A stretch of DNA of 24,742 bases from Candidatus Aenigmatarchaeota archaeon (GCA_043808015.1 JAZDFI010000021.1:1-24742); one strand, 5' to 3'; shown: positions 1 to 8,410, counted from the first letter of the stretch. Numbers and translations are program-made. The notes: generated by a model not told the origin, from the letters alone.

Positions 1-405
1 ATCGTCTATGGCGCGCTCGAGGTCTCGAAGGTCTTCTCGAACAAGGGCGTCAAGGCGATAATAGCGGTCGTTTTCGCCTTCTTCTCGATAATGAACCCGC
101 AGGTCGTCGCGTTCATCAACACGATTTTGCCATACGCCGCGATGATTTTTGTGGTCATATTCATAGCATGGATACTGCTCAAGCCGCTCAGGGGCGGAGG
201 CGGCAAGAAGATGGACCCTGTCCTGATAATAGTCATCCTCGTTCTGGTGATGGTCCTGCTGGCAAGGATGCAGGCCACCGACTACCTGCCCGAAAGCAGC
301 ATACTGTCGAACACGAACCTCATATGGATAGTGGGCATCCTTGTGATGGGCGTGATTCTATGGAAGGCATACAAAATGACCCAGGAACCGTCAGCCGGCC
401 ACTGA
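1..405 (+). CDS. Multi-pass membrane protein, 5'-truncated by the window edge; paralogue of 1210..1755
   Basis: Frame 1 is open from base 1: IVYGALEVSKVFSNKGVKAIIAVVFAFFSIMNPQ... to TGA at 403-405. Several hydrophobic segments. IVYGAL...KAIIAVVFAFF aligns with IVYGLL...RALVSLIAAFF in 1210..1755. Confidence 0.8.
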   Translation: MVYGALEVSKVFSNKGVKAIIAVVFAFFSIMNPQVVAFINTILPYAAMIFVVIFIAWILLKPLRGGGGKKMDPVLIIVILVLVMVLLARMQATDYLPESSILSNTNLIWIVGILVMGVILWKAYKMTQEPSAGH

Positions 406-453
406 GAAAACGATGCACTTTTGAAACGTTCCAGAACATCTTGAAAATAAATA

Positions 454-1032
454 CTAGGCCGCCTGCGGCGTTGCCGGACTACCGATATGTTCGTCTATGT
501 TTTCGGGTAAAAAGTACTTTTTAAGCGTATTAACGCACCTGTTAAAAACAGGGAGCATGTCAATTTTAAGCCCATCCGCCAGGTGCAAATAAAAGCCGTT
601 AACGAGTTTGGAAGCGTCATGCTTTGAGTCCACCATGGCGTAAACGTTTATTGATCCTTTTAACACGGCCTGATAGTCATTGTCTATAGCCTTAAGCGTT
701 TCTGCAACATCGCCTTCTGCCACGGAACCGCTCAATACCTTGCTCACGAGGCTGTCTAGCTCGTCGTATTTTGACAGCTGTTTTTCTACGATGCTTTTCA
801 GGGACGATTTGTATCCGTTATGGTATTCGTGATATTTTATGCCCTCCCCTTCCATGGGAACATTTTTAACTACATCGTCAAGCTCGCCGTAAAGAGAGTT
901 AAGATTGCTTTCCAATTCGCAGTATCCGGATCTGCACTTCTGGGAATATGCCTTGACCTGCTTTAACTGTTCAAAAAGCTGCTGTGCACCCGAATTTCCC
1001 TTGTTTCCCATCAAAACACCCTCACTTTGCAT
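454..1032 (-). CDS. Hypothetical soluble, helical/coiled-coil-like protein
   Basis: 192-aa ORF filling the gap between two + strand genes. Lower GC than its neighbours. A GAGGGTG SD-like motif precedes the second Met (MGNKG), which may be the true start. Confidence 0.65.
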   Translation of the reverse strand: MQSEGVLMGNKGNSGAQQLFEQLKQVKAYSQKCRSGYCELESNLNSLYGELDDVVKNVPMEGEGIKYHEYHNGYKSSLKSIVEKQLSKYDELDSLVSKVLSGSVAEGDVAETLKAIDNDYQAVLKGSINVYAMVDSKHDASKLVNGFYLHLADGLKIDMLPVFNRCVNTLKKYFLPENIDEHIGSPATPQAA

Positions 1033-1209
1033 CGTATAAATTGTTGTTACTTATTAGTAGTTTTTATTATTTATAAAGCTTTTTGGGGCTGTCATTTGGC
1101 TCGGAAACGGCGGGGAGCGGACCCGGACGGCGCGGCAAACGCCGTGGATAAAAAGCGATATCTGCCGAAGAAGATAATACTTATAAAGGTTATATTCTAA
1201 TACTTTAAC

Positions 1210-1755
1210 ATGGCAGGAATATTCGACCAACTGGTCCAAAACATGTCGAGAATGGGTTTCTTCCAGTTCTTATTTCCGTTCCTGCTCGCTTTGGCGATAG
1301 TCTACGGACTCCTGACATGGGCACTCGAGAAGCAAATACCCAAGTCTGCTAGGGCGTTGGTTTCACTGATAGCGGCATTCTTCGTGATGCTGTACTCCAG
1401 CTGGAACGTCATGGTTGTGCAGTTCTTTGCAAACCTTTTCGGTCCTTTCCTGGCGGTGGCCACGGGCATACTAGTGATAGTTATGCTGTTCGCTCTGGTC
1501 GGCTTCAAGGTTGAAACGCTCACCCAGGGGAAGTACAGCAAATGGGTACTCGTCTTACTGATGGTATTCATTGGCATCGTGCTTTTCTTCGGAGCAGGCG
1601 CATCATACCTTATAGACGTGCCAGGATTTGCCATGAACTCTGACTTCCTTACAGTGATATTCTTCATAGTGATACTGGCTGTAGTGATGTTCTGGCTGTC
1701 GCAGGAAAGCGGGGGCGGAGGCGCAGCGACGCCTGCGGCTGGAGGAAAGTCGTAA
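1210..1755 (+). CDS. Hypothetical multi-pass membrane protein (about 5 TM)
   Basis: 181 aa with an FLFPFLLALAIVYGLL first helix and alternating hydrophobic segments. TTATAAA about 30 nt upstream; T-rich tract downstream. Confidence 0.85.
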   Translation: MAGIFDQLVQNMSRMGFFQFLFPFLLALAIVYGLLTWALEKQIPKSARALVSLIAAFFVMLYSSWNVMVVQFFANLFGPFLAVATGILVIVMLFALVGFKVETLTQGKYSKWVLVLLMVFIGIVLFFGAGASYLIDVPGFAMNSDFLTVIFFIVILAVVMFWLSQESGGGGAATPAAGGKS

Positions 1756-1760
1756 AAAGG

Positions 1761-1789
1761 TTTTTCTTTTTTGCTTTTGCTTTATTTTG
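1761..1789 (+). terminator. Oligo-T tract, probable archaeal intrinsic terminator
   Basis: tttttctttttt gcttttgctttatttt immediately after the stop at 1755. Confidence 0.4.
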
Positions 1790-1842
1790 CATGCTCAGCG
1801 GCAGCAATATTTATTGCGGCACGCCAAGACATTCATGGGAAC

Positions 1843-2181
1843 ATGAACAGGAAAAAACCCGAGACATGGATCAAGCTCGCCAGGGAGCGCATGCAGATAC
1901 TGCTCTCGCTCGCTGAGACCGAGGCTGCTACGCATCCGGAACGCTCGAAACGATACGTGGAGCTCGCGAAAAGAATAGGCATGCGCTACAACGTGCGAAT
2001 GAAAGGCACGAAGCGCTTCTGCCGCAAGTGTGCGTCACTGCTGGTTCCGGGCGTGACCTGCAGGATCCGCGCGAGAAAGGACAGGCAATCCATGGTCACG
2101 ACTTGCCTCAAATGCGGCGACGTAAGGCGACGCCCTTATATACGCGAGAAGAAAATTATTAAGCAAAGGAGAACCGCATGA
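1843..2181 (+). CDS. rnp4: Ribonuclease P protein component 4 (Rpp21/Rpr2 family)
   Basis: LARERMQIL...RYVELAKRIGMRYNVR, zinc ribbon FCRKC...LLVPG...TCLKCG..RRRPY. The ATG at 1843 is preferred over the TTG at 1771. Confidence 0.92.
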   Translation: MNRKKPETWIKLARERMQILLSLAETEAATHPERSKRYVELAKRIGMRYNVRMKGTKRFCRKCASLLVPGVTCRIRARKDRQSMVTTCLKCGDVRRRPYIREKKIIKQRRTA

Positions 2182-2444
2182 AGCTCGTCATTTTCCTCAG
2201 CACGCTCGTCATTTTCATCTCGTGCTTTTTCATATTCTTCACTTTCGACTCGATGATAAAGACGAAGATGGTCTGCGACTACAAGGAGAAATTCACGTGC
2301 AACATCGGCGAGCTCAACTCGACCATCATATTCGGCATCCTGATAGTGGGCATGTTCCTTTTCGTGGACAGCATCGTGATGTACATAATGATAAAGACGT
2401 GGGTGCCGAACCTGTTCATGTACAGCTTCAGCAGGAGCAGATAG
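2178..2444 (+). CDS. Small two-TM hypothetical membrane protein
   Basis: 88 aa. ATGA overlap with the Rpp21 stop. Two hydrophobic helices flank a loop with a Cys pair (CDYKEKFTC). Confidence 0.75.
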   Translation: MKLVIFLSTLVIFISCFFIFFTFDSMIKTKMVCDYKEKFTCNIGELNSTIIFGILIVGMFLFVDSIVMYIMIKTWVPNLFMYSFSRSR

Positions 2445-2459
2445 TAAAGCGCGCTAGTT

Positions 2460-3131
2460 CTATTCCACGCCCAGCAGCTTCCTGAACAGCAGCGACGCTC
2501 CCATCATGAAAATCAGTATGTACCACGCCAGCCAGTTCAGGTAAGTCCATCCGACCAGCGGTATCGTGAACGGCAGCCTTACTGCGGTTTCCATCTTCGT
2601 CGACTTGAGGTCGAGCGGGCTCACGGCCCAGTCGACGCTGCCCATCCTTATCAGGTCACCCTTCGCATACGTCTTGTCGTCGGCGAAGTCGCCGTTGTCG
2701 TTCGCGTCTATAGTCACTTTATATTCCAGGTCGCTTATCTTATCCGTCCTTATGGTGTGGTTGAAGTCGTCGAAGGCGAAGTGCCCGGTCGCTGACGTCT
2801 CACCGGCGGGTGCAGTCTGGACAATCACGCCGCCGTATGTCTGGCTGAGAAAACCGAACGCCAGCAGGACTATGCCCAGACTTACGAACATGGGCATCAT
2901 GTTCGTGCGCATCTGCTTCTGGCTCAGCTTCATCATCTCGCTGACGTATTCATTCGCTTTTTTGACGTCCTTTTCCTTCTGCGCTTCCTTGGACTTCTCC
3001 CTGTAGAACTTCATGTCTTCCTTTATCTTGCGCATTTCTGCAGGCTTGTTGAAGACGCGATAGATCACGCTGGACACGAACGACAGCAAGAGCGTCCATA
3101 TAAGAATATCCTGGTAAGGAAGGAATATCAT
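2460..3131 (-). CDS. DUF106 / EMC3-TMCO1 (Oxa1 superfamily) membrane protein insertase
   Basis: TM1, cytoplasmic coiled coil (MRKIKEDMK...MMKLSQKQMRTNMMPM), TM2, then PFTIP..G...LNWLAWYIL...LFRKLLGV C-terminus. Lies directly after adk, as is usual in archaea. Confidence 0.9.
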   Translation of the reverse strand: MIFLPYQDILIWTLLLSFVSSVIYRVFNKPAEMRKIKEDMKFYREKSKEAQKEKDVKKANEYVSEMMKLSQKQMRTNMMPMFVSLGIVLLAFGFLSQTYGGVIVQTAPAGETSATGHFAFDDFNHTIRTDKISDLEYKVTIDANDNGDFADDKTYAKGDLIRMGSVDWAVSPLDLKSTKMETAVRLPFTIPLVGWTYLNWLAWYILIFMMGASLLFRKLLGVE

Positions 3132-3140
3132 AAAAACCGC

Positions 3141-3659
3141 CTATTGCTTGAGCATCTCCCCAAGCTCTTTCATCGAGTCCATCATCTTCTTCTCGCGGAA
3201 CTTTATTATCTTGAGCGCGGAGCCGGAGGCGGAAGAATAGATTGCAGCGTAATAGCGGTTTATGCGCTGGTGCTCGTCCGTCTTGTCGTCGCCCGGCGTG
3301 TCTCCCGCTTTTTCAAAAACGACTATAGAGTCCGGCCTGAACGAGCGGAAAAATTCATCAGGTATGGCCCTCACGTAGCCGTATCTGGTGGGGAACGTGA
3401 GATAGCCGCTGACTATTATGCTGCCCTTCTGGTCCTTGAGCTTGGTAATCATTATCTTCTGCAGTTTTTCGTAGAACTTGGCTGTGACTTTCCTGATCGC
3501 GTCTATGTCCGGGATTTCCCCGACCTCCTCGGCCAGGTTCTCTATCTTGTCGAAGTCGACGACCGTGAAATCGTTCTTCCTTCCCGCGTGCTGGAGCGCC
3601 AGGTCTACGAGAGTCGCCTTGTCTATGCCGTAAACGCCTGAGATGAAAATCAGTTTCAT
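3141..3659 (-). CDS. adkA: Archaeal-type adenylate kinase homologue, degenerate active site
   Basis: N-terminal P-loop-like SGVYGIDKAT, T..GY...IP......RPD.IVV.E and DEHQ.INR.YA..YS..SG..LKII match the AdkA scaffold. GGAGGGTG SD upstream; synteny with DUF106. Confidence 0.75.
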   Translation of the reverse strand: MKLIFISGVYGIDKATLVDLALQHAGRKNDFTVVDFDKIENLAEEVGEIPDIDAIRKVTAKFYEKLQKIMITKLKDQKGSIIVSGYLTFPTRYGYVRAIPDEFFRSFRPDSIVVFEKAGDTPGDDKTDEHQRINRYYAAIYSSASGSALKIIKFREKKMMDSMKELGEMLKQ

Positions 3660-3687
3660 AACACACCCTCCGGATTGTATATTATTG

Positions 3688-4728
3688 CTATTGCTCTTTT
3701 AAAATAGTTTTCAGCTTGGATATCAGGCTGTCGTCGCCCGGGTCCTTGCCTCTGAGCATGCCCAGGTATATGCTCACGAAGTCGAGCACGTACATCGTCG
3801 ACAGCGCTCTCGAGAGCTCGTACGGGTAGACTGACCAGACCTCTATGACCGAGCGCGCCGACTTCTTCAGCAGGTCCTTGGTGAAGTTTATCCTCCTGCG
3901 CATGCGCTCGCTCTCGCTGTTGTCGCGTATGATTATGACCGAGAAGTTGCGGGAGAGCGCCGTGTCCTCCCACCCGAGTATCGAGTTGTGGTTGAGCTCC
4001 GGGTACGTTTCGCACATGGAGACGACTTTCGAGTTCTCGTTGAACTGCGTTCTCGCGCGATAAACGACTGGCTCGTATATGCCGAAGCCGTGGACGACAG
4101 GAATTGAGTTGACCAGCTTGTAGGCGATGCGCTTCGCCGGATTGTCCTTCATGAGCTTCGATGATTTTATCTCGTCCCTCGTTTCCTTGAGATTCTTGAT
4201 GACGAGGTCAAGATTCTGTTTTTCTATGAACTTCGCTTTTTCCAGGATCGCTATGACGGGAAAAAGCATGTGGCCTATCGCGAAGCGGGGCTTGAGCCCC
4301 TTCGGAACGCGCACGCAGGCCAGGCCGCGCCTGCAGCATTCCCTTTCGAGCTCGCCTCCTGAAGTTATGGCGAATATCTCGCATTTCCTTTTGACTGCGT
4401 CTCTGAATGCGGAAAGCGTCTCCTCGGTGTCGCCGGAATAGCTCACGAAGAAAACCATGTCGCCGTTCTTCACGTATGCGGGCAGGCCATACCCTTTGAG
4501 AACGCGTATCTCCTTGCCGGGGAAAACGCCGGCGAGCATGTCGCCGACAATGCCGGAGCCTCCCATGCCGCACACGAATATGCGCTCCGGCTTCTTCAGC
4601 TTAAGGTCGCTGACGAACTTCCTGCCTGATGCAATCGCTTCTTCGCACTGCTCCGGGAACTTCTCGAGCGTAGCGGCGACTTTGGAAAGGTCAAGCTTTT
4701 CCATTTCCTTTGGGTCGTCAAGAATCAT
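3688..4728 (-). CDS. Bifunctional phosphoglucose/phosphomannose isomerase (SIS fold)
   Basis: Motifs GMGGSGIVGD, SYSGDTEET, TSGG, PR.A, QFNENSK and PELNHN. Confidence 0.93.
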   Translation of the reverse strand: MILDDPKEMEKLDLSKVAATLEKFPEQCEEAIASGRKFVSDLKLKKPERIFVCGMGGSGIVGDMLAGVFPGKEIRVLKGYGLPAYVKNGDMVFFVSYSGDTEETLSAFRDAVKRKCEIFAITSGGELERECCRRGLACVRVPKGLKPRFAIGHMLFPVIAILEKAKFIEKQNLDLVIKNLKETRDEIKSSKLMKDNPAKRIAYKLVNSIPVVHGFGIYEPVVYRARTQFNENSKVVSMCETYPELNHNSILGWEDTALSRNFSVIIIRDNSESERMRRRINFTKDLLKKSARSVIEVWSVYPYELSRALSTMYVLDFVSIYLGMLRGKDPGDDSLISKLKTILKEQ

Positions 4729-4744
4729 GTTTCATCGCATCCGT

Positions 4745-6127
4745 CTATTTGTGTTTTTTTGCGTGTTTTTCCTCTTTTGCCGCAGGTTTTTTCGGGGCTA
4801 TCTCGCTGAAGCCAGTGTATTTGACCAGCGCCTTGGGAACTTTTATTGTGCCATCCCTCGTCTGGCAGTTCTCGAGTATCGCCGTTATCGCGCGTTCAGT
4901 CGCGATGGCCGTCGAGTTAAGAGTATGGATTGCTTCAGTCTCGCCCTGCTTGTTCATGTACCTTATGCCCAGCTTCCTGGGCTGGTAGTCCGTACAGTTG
5001 GAGCATGACACCATCTCGCGGAACGCGCCCTGCGCGGGCATCCACGCCTCGAGGTCGTATTTTATCGCCGCGTTGTCGTTCATCTCGCCAGAGCAGACGG
5101 ATATGATCCTGTAGGGGATGCCCAGCTTCTGGTATATCGCCTCGGCGTTGCCTATGAGCTTCCCGAACCACTTGTCGGATTCGCCGGGCAGGCAGAATAC
5201 GAATTGTTCGACCTTGTCGAACTGGTGGACGCGGAATATGCCTTTGGTGTCCTTGCCGTGCGACCCCGCTTCACGCCGGAAATTCGTCGAGAATCCCGCG
5301 TACGCTTTAGGCAGGTCTTTCTCCTGGAATATCTCGCCCATGTGATACGCCGCCAGCGTCTGCTCGGCGGTCGCTATAAGGAAAAGGTCCTCGCCTTCGA
5401 TCTTGTAGAGCTGGCTCTCGAAGTCCGCCAGTTCCGCAGCGGCTGAAATAGCCGCCTTCTGCAGCATGAAAGGGGTCCACATCGGGGTGAATCCCTGCTC
5501 TATGAGGCAGTCGAAAGCAAAGCGTATGAGCGCGAGGTTGAGAATGACCAGCTCGTTTTTCAGGTAGTAGAAGCGCGCCCCAGCGAGCTTCGCCGCCTTG
5601 TCCGTGTCTGCCAGGTCGAGACTCTGCAAAAGCTCAGTGTGGCCTTTCGGTTCGAAATGCAGCGGCTCGAACTCGAGTTTCCCGCGCGTGTCGCGCTTGA
5701 AGCTTTCCATGTCTTTCAGCAGGACGAGCGGCTTGCCCCACGCGCGTATGAACTTGTTCTCCTGGTCGCCCTTGCCGACGTTGACGTCCTTGTGAATGAT
5801 GTTGCCTATCTTGTACCTGTAGACGTCGCGCTCGGCGAGAAGCGCTCCGGCCTTCCTGTCGCTGTGCTCTATCTCCTCGTTTATCTGCCTCATCTCGTGG
5901 ATTTTTTCATCCGCTTTCTTGCCCGTTTTCTTCGCCCCGGCAATCTCTCTCGAGACGGTGTTTCTCTTGCATTTCAGCGCCTCGACGTGTTTCAATATGT
6001 CACGCCATTTCTTGTCCAATTCGACGACTTTCTCGACCACGGCCGGATTCTTGTACCTTTTCTTTTCGGATTCGATTATGGCTTCCGGATTCGTCCTGAA
6101 AATCTGTATGTCAAGCATACGCATCAC
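4745..6127 (-). CDS. serS: Serine--tRNA ligase (bacterial/eukaryal type)
   Basis: MLDI N-terminal coiled-coil arm, LIATAE, motif 2 FRREAGSHGKDTKGIFRVHQFDKVEQF, EMVSCSNCTDYQ, HTLNSTAIATER. The start may be 6127, 6124 or 6118. Confidence 0.97.
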   Translation of the reverse strand: MMRMLDIQIFRTNPEAIIESEKKRYKNPAVVEKVVELDKKWRDILKHVEALKCKRNTVSREIAGAKKTGKKADEKIHEMRQINEEIEHSDRKAGALLAERDVYRYKIGNIIHKDVNVGKGDQENKFIRAWGKPLVLLKDMESFKRDTRGKLEFEPLHFEPKGHTELLQSLDLADTDKAAKLAGARFYYLKNELVILNLALIRFAFDCLIEQGFTPMWTPFMLQKAAISAAAELADFESQLYKIEGEDLFLIATAEQTLAAYHMGEIFQEKDLPKAYAGFSTNFRREAGSHGKDTKGIFRVHQFDKVEQFVFCLPGESDKWFGKLIGNAEAIYQKLGIPYRIISVCSGEMNDNAAIKYDLEAWMPAQGAFREMVSCSNCTDYQPRKLGIRYMNKQGETEAIHTLNSTAIATERAITAILENCQTRDGTIKVPKALVKYTGFSEIAPKKPAAKEEKHAKKHK

Positions 6128-6660
6128 TCCTCTGCGTCGTAATTGACTACGCTGAAAACATCATAACCTTTCAGCCTTTCGCGTCCTTTGAGAAAGCCCA
6201 GCTCTATCAGTATCGATATTCCAGCGACGTTTCCGCCGAGTCTTTCGACGAGCTTCGTCGCCGCATCCAGCGTACCGCCGGTCGCCAGCAAATCGTCGAC
6301 TATGAGAATCGACTCGCCTTTCTTTATCGCGTCCTCGTGGATTTCGAACGCGTCTTTAGAGTATTCCGTATCGAACTCCTCGCGCAGCTTTTTCCACGGC
6401 AGCTTGCCCGGCTTGCGCAAAGGTACGAAGCCCGCATGTAATTCGTAAGCTATCGCCGACCCCAGGATGAAGCCGCGGCTCTCCGCGGAGACGACTTTGT
6501 CTATGCGCCTTCCGACGAAGTGAGACATCATCTGCTTCACGGAACAGTGAAAGGCGGCTGCGTCCTGGAGAAGCGTCGTTATGTCCTTGAACATTATGCC
6601 TTTTTTCGGAAAATCAGGCACGGTGCGTATCTTTGACCTCAAATCAACATTGTTCTCCAT
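6124..6660 (-). CDS. apt: Adenine phosphoribosyltransferase
   Basis: PDFPKKGIMFKDIT, ESRGF, RKPGKLP and the PRPP-binding motif IVDDLLATGGT. Confidence 0.96.
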   Translation of the reverse strand: MENNVDLRSKIRTVPDFPKKGIMFKDITTLLQDAAAFHCSVKQMMSHFVGRRIDKVVSAESRGFILGSAIAYELHAGFVPLRKPGKLPWKKLREEFDTEYSKDAFEIHEDAIKKGESILIVDDLLATGGTLDAATKLVERLGGNVAGISILIELGFLKGRERLKGYDVFSVVNYDAEE

Positions 6661-6709
6661 GTTATCAATATTGTTTCAGCTGTTTTAAATAAAATTGACG
6701 GGCCTGCAA

Positions 6710-7189
6710 TCAGCCGCCGAAAAAGGCCGATATGAAGTGGCCTACGTTATGCGCGATGAACACGACGAGAAGGGCTATGAAAACATGCTCGCCGATTACG
6801 CCCCACGGCCTTATTTTCTGCGATTTCGCTATCCTGTAACTCAGGTACGTCAGCGCCATCACGCCCCATACGACGCTGAGAATCATGGCCGTGGCCAGGT
6901 CTAAAAACAGGACGGGCACGATGAAAGTCAGCGCGAAAAAGAACTTGGCCGTGAACGTCGATAGTGTGGACATCCATATTTCCTTGTTCGTGTGCTTGTT
7001 CTCCGCCTCTTCGGAAACGTGAATCCCTAGCGCATCCGAGAACGCGTCGGCTATCGCTATAGTCAGGATGCCGCCTATGACGACGAGCTTGGAATTGGTC
7101 CCTGCCTCGAGGCCGACCATCAGGCCAAGCGTGGTTATCGTCGCTGAAGTCAGGCCAAAACTGAAGCCTTTCTTCACGGATTCTCTCAT
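6710..7189 (-). CDS. VIT1/CCC1 family Fe/Mn transporter-like membrane protein
   Basis: FGLTSATITTLGLMVGL, IAIADAFSDALGIHVSEE; about 5 TM segments. Confidence 0.8.
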   Translation of the reverse strand: MRESVKKGFSFGLTSATITTLGLMVGLEAGTNSKLVVIGGILTIAIADAFSDALGIHVSEEAENKHTNKEIWMSTLSTFTAKFFFALTFIVPVLFLDLATAMILSVVWGVMALTYLSYRIAKSQKIRPWGVIGEHVFIALLVVFIAHNVGHFISAFFGG

Positions 7190-7301
7190 CAGTAAATTTA
7201 GTGGCGACGCGCTTAAAAGGCTTGAAAATGGGATACCGGAACGTAAGCGCTTAAATAAAATAAAATGAAAAATAAAAAAATATTAAGAATTAAGAATGAG
7301 C

Positions 7302-7406
7302 TTAAAAGTCCTCTTCTTCCTCTTCCGTCGACTCCTCTTCCGTCGTCTCTTCTTCCTTCTCTTCCTCTTCTACTTCTTTTTTCTTGCCTTTCTTGTCGAA
7401 TGCCAT
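7302..7406 (-). CDS. Unannotated 34-aa basic-head/acidic-tail small protein
   Basis: Read by hand: MAFDKKGKKKEVEEEEKEEETTEEESTEEEEEDF*. SD-like GGGAGTG at 7414-7420, 7 nt before the ATG. T-rich tract downstream on the - strand (7253-7285). Confidence 0.7.
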   Translation of the reverse strand: MAFDKKGKKKEVEEEEKEEETTEEESTEEEEEDF

Positions 7407-7567
7407 AATCCCACACTCCCTTTTATAAACATCGAAAACAGTCTTTGATTTTTTATGCGCGGGACCGGAATATAAAGCTTACGCTGCCATGCGGATTTAA
7501 ACTTTGACGCCCATATAATTTCCAATTATTCCGGCTGCCCTGCAGCTGTCCTGTTTTTCTGGTTTTT

Positions 7568-8410
7568 ATGGCCGGAAACCCAATTAAAAACATGCACATT
7601 TTTCTCGGTCCTGCAGGCATTCCGCTGACGACGAAATCCGCTTCCACCGCCGACGGCATCAGGCGCGTCGCGGAGATGGGACTCAACGCCATGGAAGTCG
7701 AGTTCGTGCGCGGAGTGCACATGAGCGTCGCGACGGCTAAGGAAGCCGGAGCCGTCGCTAGCGACGCAGGCGTCCTTCTCTCGATACACGCGCCCTATTT
7801 CATCAACCTGTGCAACCCGGCGAAAGCCGAGGCGTCGAAGAAGCGCATCCTTGATTCGTGCGAGAGGGCGCACCACCTCGGCGCGTGGGTCGTCGTCTTC
7901 CATCCAGGTTTTTATGGCACGCTCGAAAAAACAAAGGCGTTCGAGATGATTCTTGAAGAATGCGAATCTATGAACGACACGCTGCTGGCAAATGGCTGGG
8001 ACGTGAGGCTGGGCATCGAGACGACCGGCAAGTCGTCGCAGTTCGGCACTTTGGATGAGACGATGGCGATACACCGTAAAATAAAGAACTGCATACCGGC
8101 GGTCGACTTCTCGCACATCTTCGCCAGGAACGCCGGCCATATCGATTTTCACGAAGTCCTGGAGAAAATGGAGGCGCTGGGCATGGGCAGACATCACTGC
8201 CACTTCTCGGGCATAGAATACACGATGAAAGGCGAAAGGCGGCACCTGACGATTGACAGCAACCAGCCAGAGTTCCCGGCGCTCGCGAAGGGGTTGCTCA
8301 AGACGAAAATCAAAAACATCACGATAATTTGCGAGAGCCCGGCGCTGGAAAAGGATTCTATGAAAATGCTCGAAATATTAAAACAGGAAGGATATTCATG
8401 GAAAAAATGA
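7568..8410 (+). CDS. nfo: Endonuclease IV (AP endonuclease family 2, archaeal type)
   Basis: LSIHAPYFINL, VVFHPG, IETTGK.SQFG, DFSH, HCHFSG, GERRH and ICESP Zn-ligand motifs. The start could be 7592 (MHIFLGPAG). Confidence 0.9.
   Translation: MAGNPIKNMHIFLGPAGIPLTTKSASTADGIRRVAEMGLNAMEVEFVRGVHMSVATAKEAGAVASDAGVLLSIHAPYFINLCNPAKAEASKKRILDSCERAHHLGAWVVVFHPGFYGTLEKTKAFEMILEECESMNDTLLANGWDVRLGIETTGKSSQFGTLDETMAIHRKIKNCIPAVDFSHIFARNAGHIDFHEVLEKMEALGMGRHHCHFSGIEYTMKGERRHLTIDSNQPEFPALAKGLLKTKIKNITIICESPALEKDSMKMLEILKQEGYSWKK

Noticed and set aside
1081-1170. Possible tRNA, RNase P RNA or SRP RNA
   Set aside because: No T-loop/D-loop consensus, no GAGGAAAGUCC or SRP helix-8 motif, and too short. 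Kept only as an unassigned structured element.
7213-7416. 67-aa Arg-rich ORF from the track
   Set aside because: Alternative frame of the 34-aa acidic ORF. Its GTG start lies inside that ORF's SD and it runs through an AT-rich terminator-like tract.
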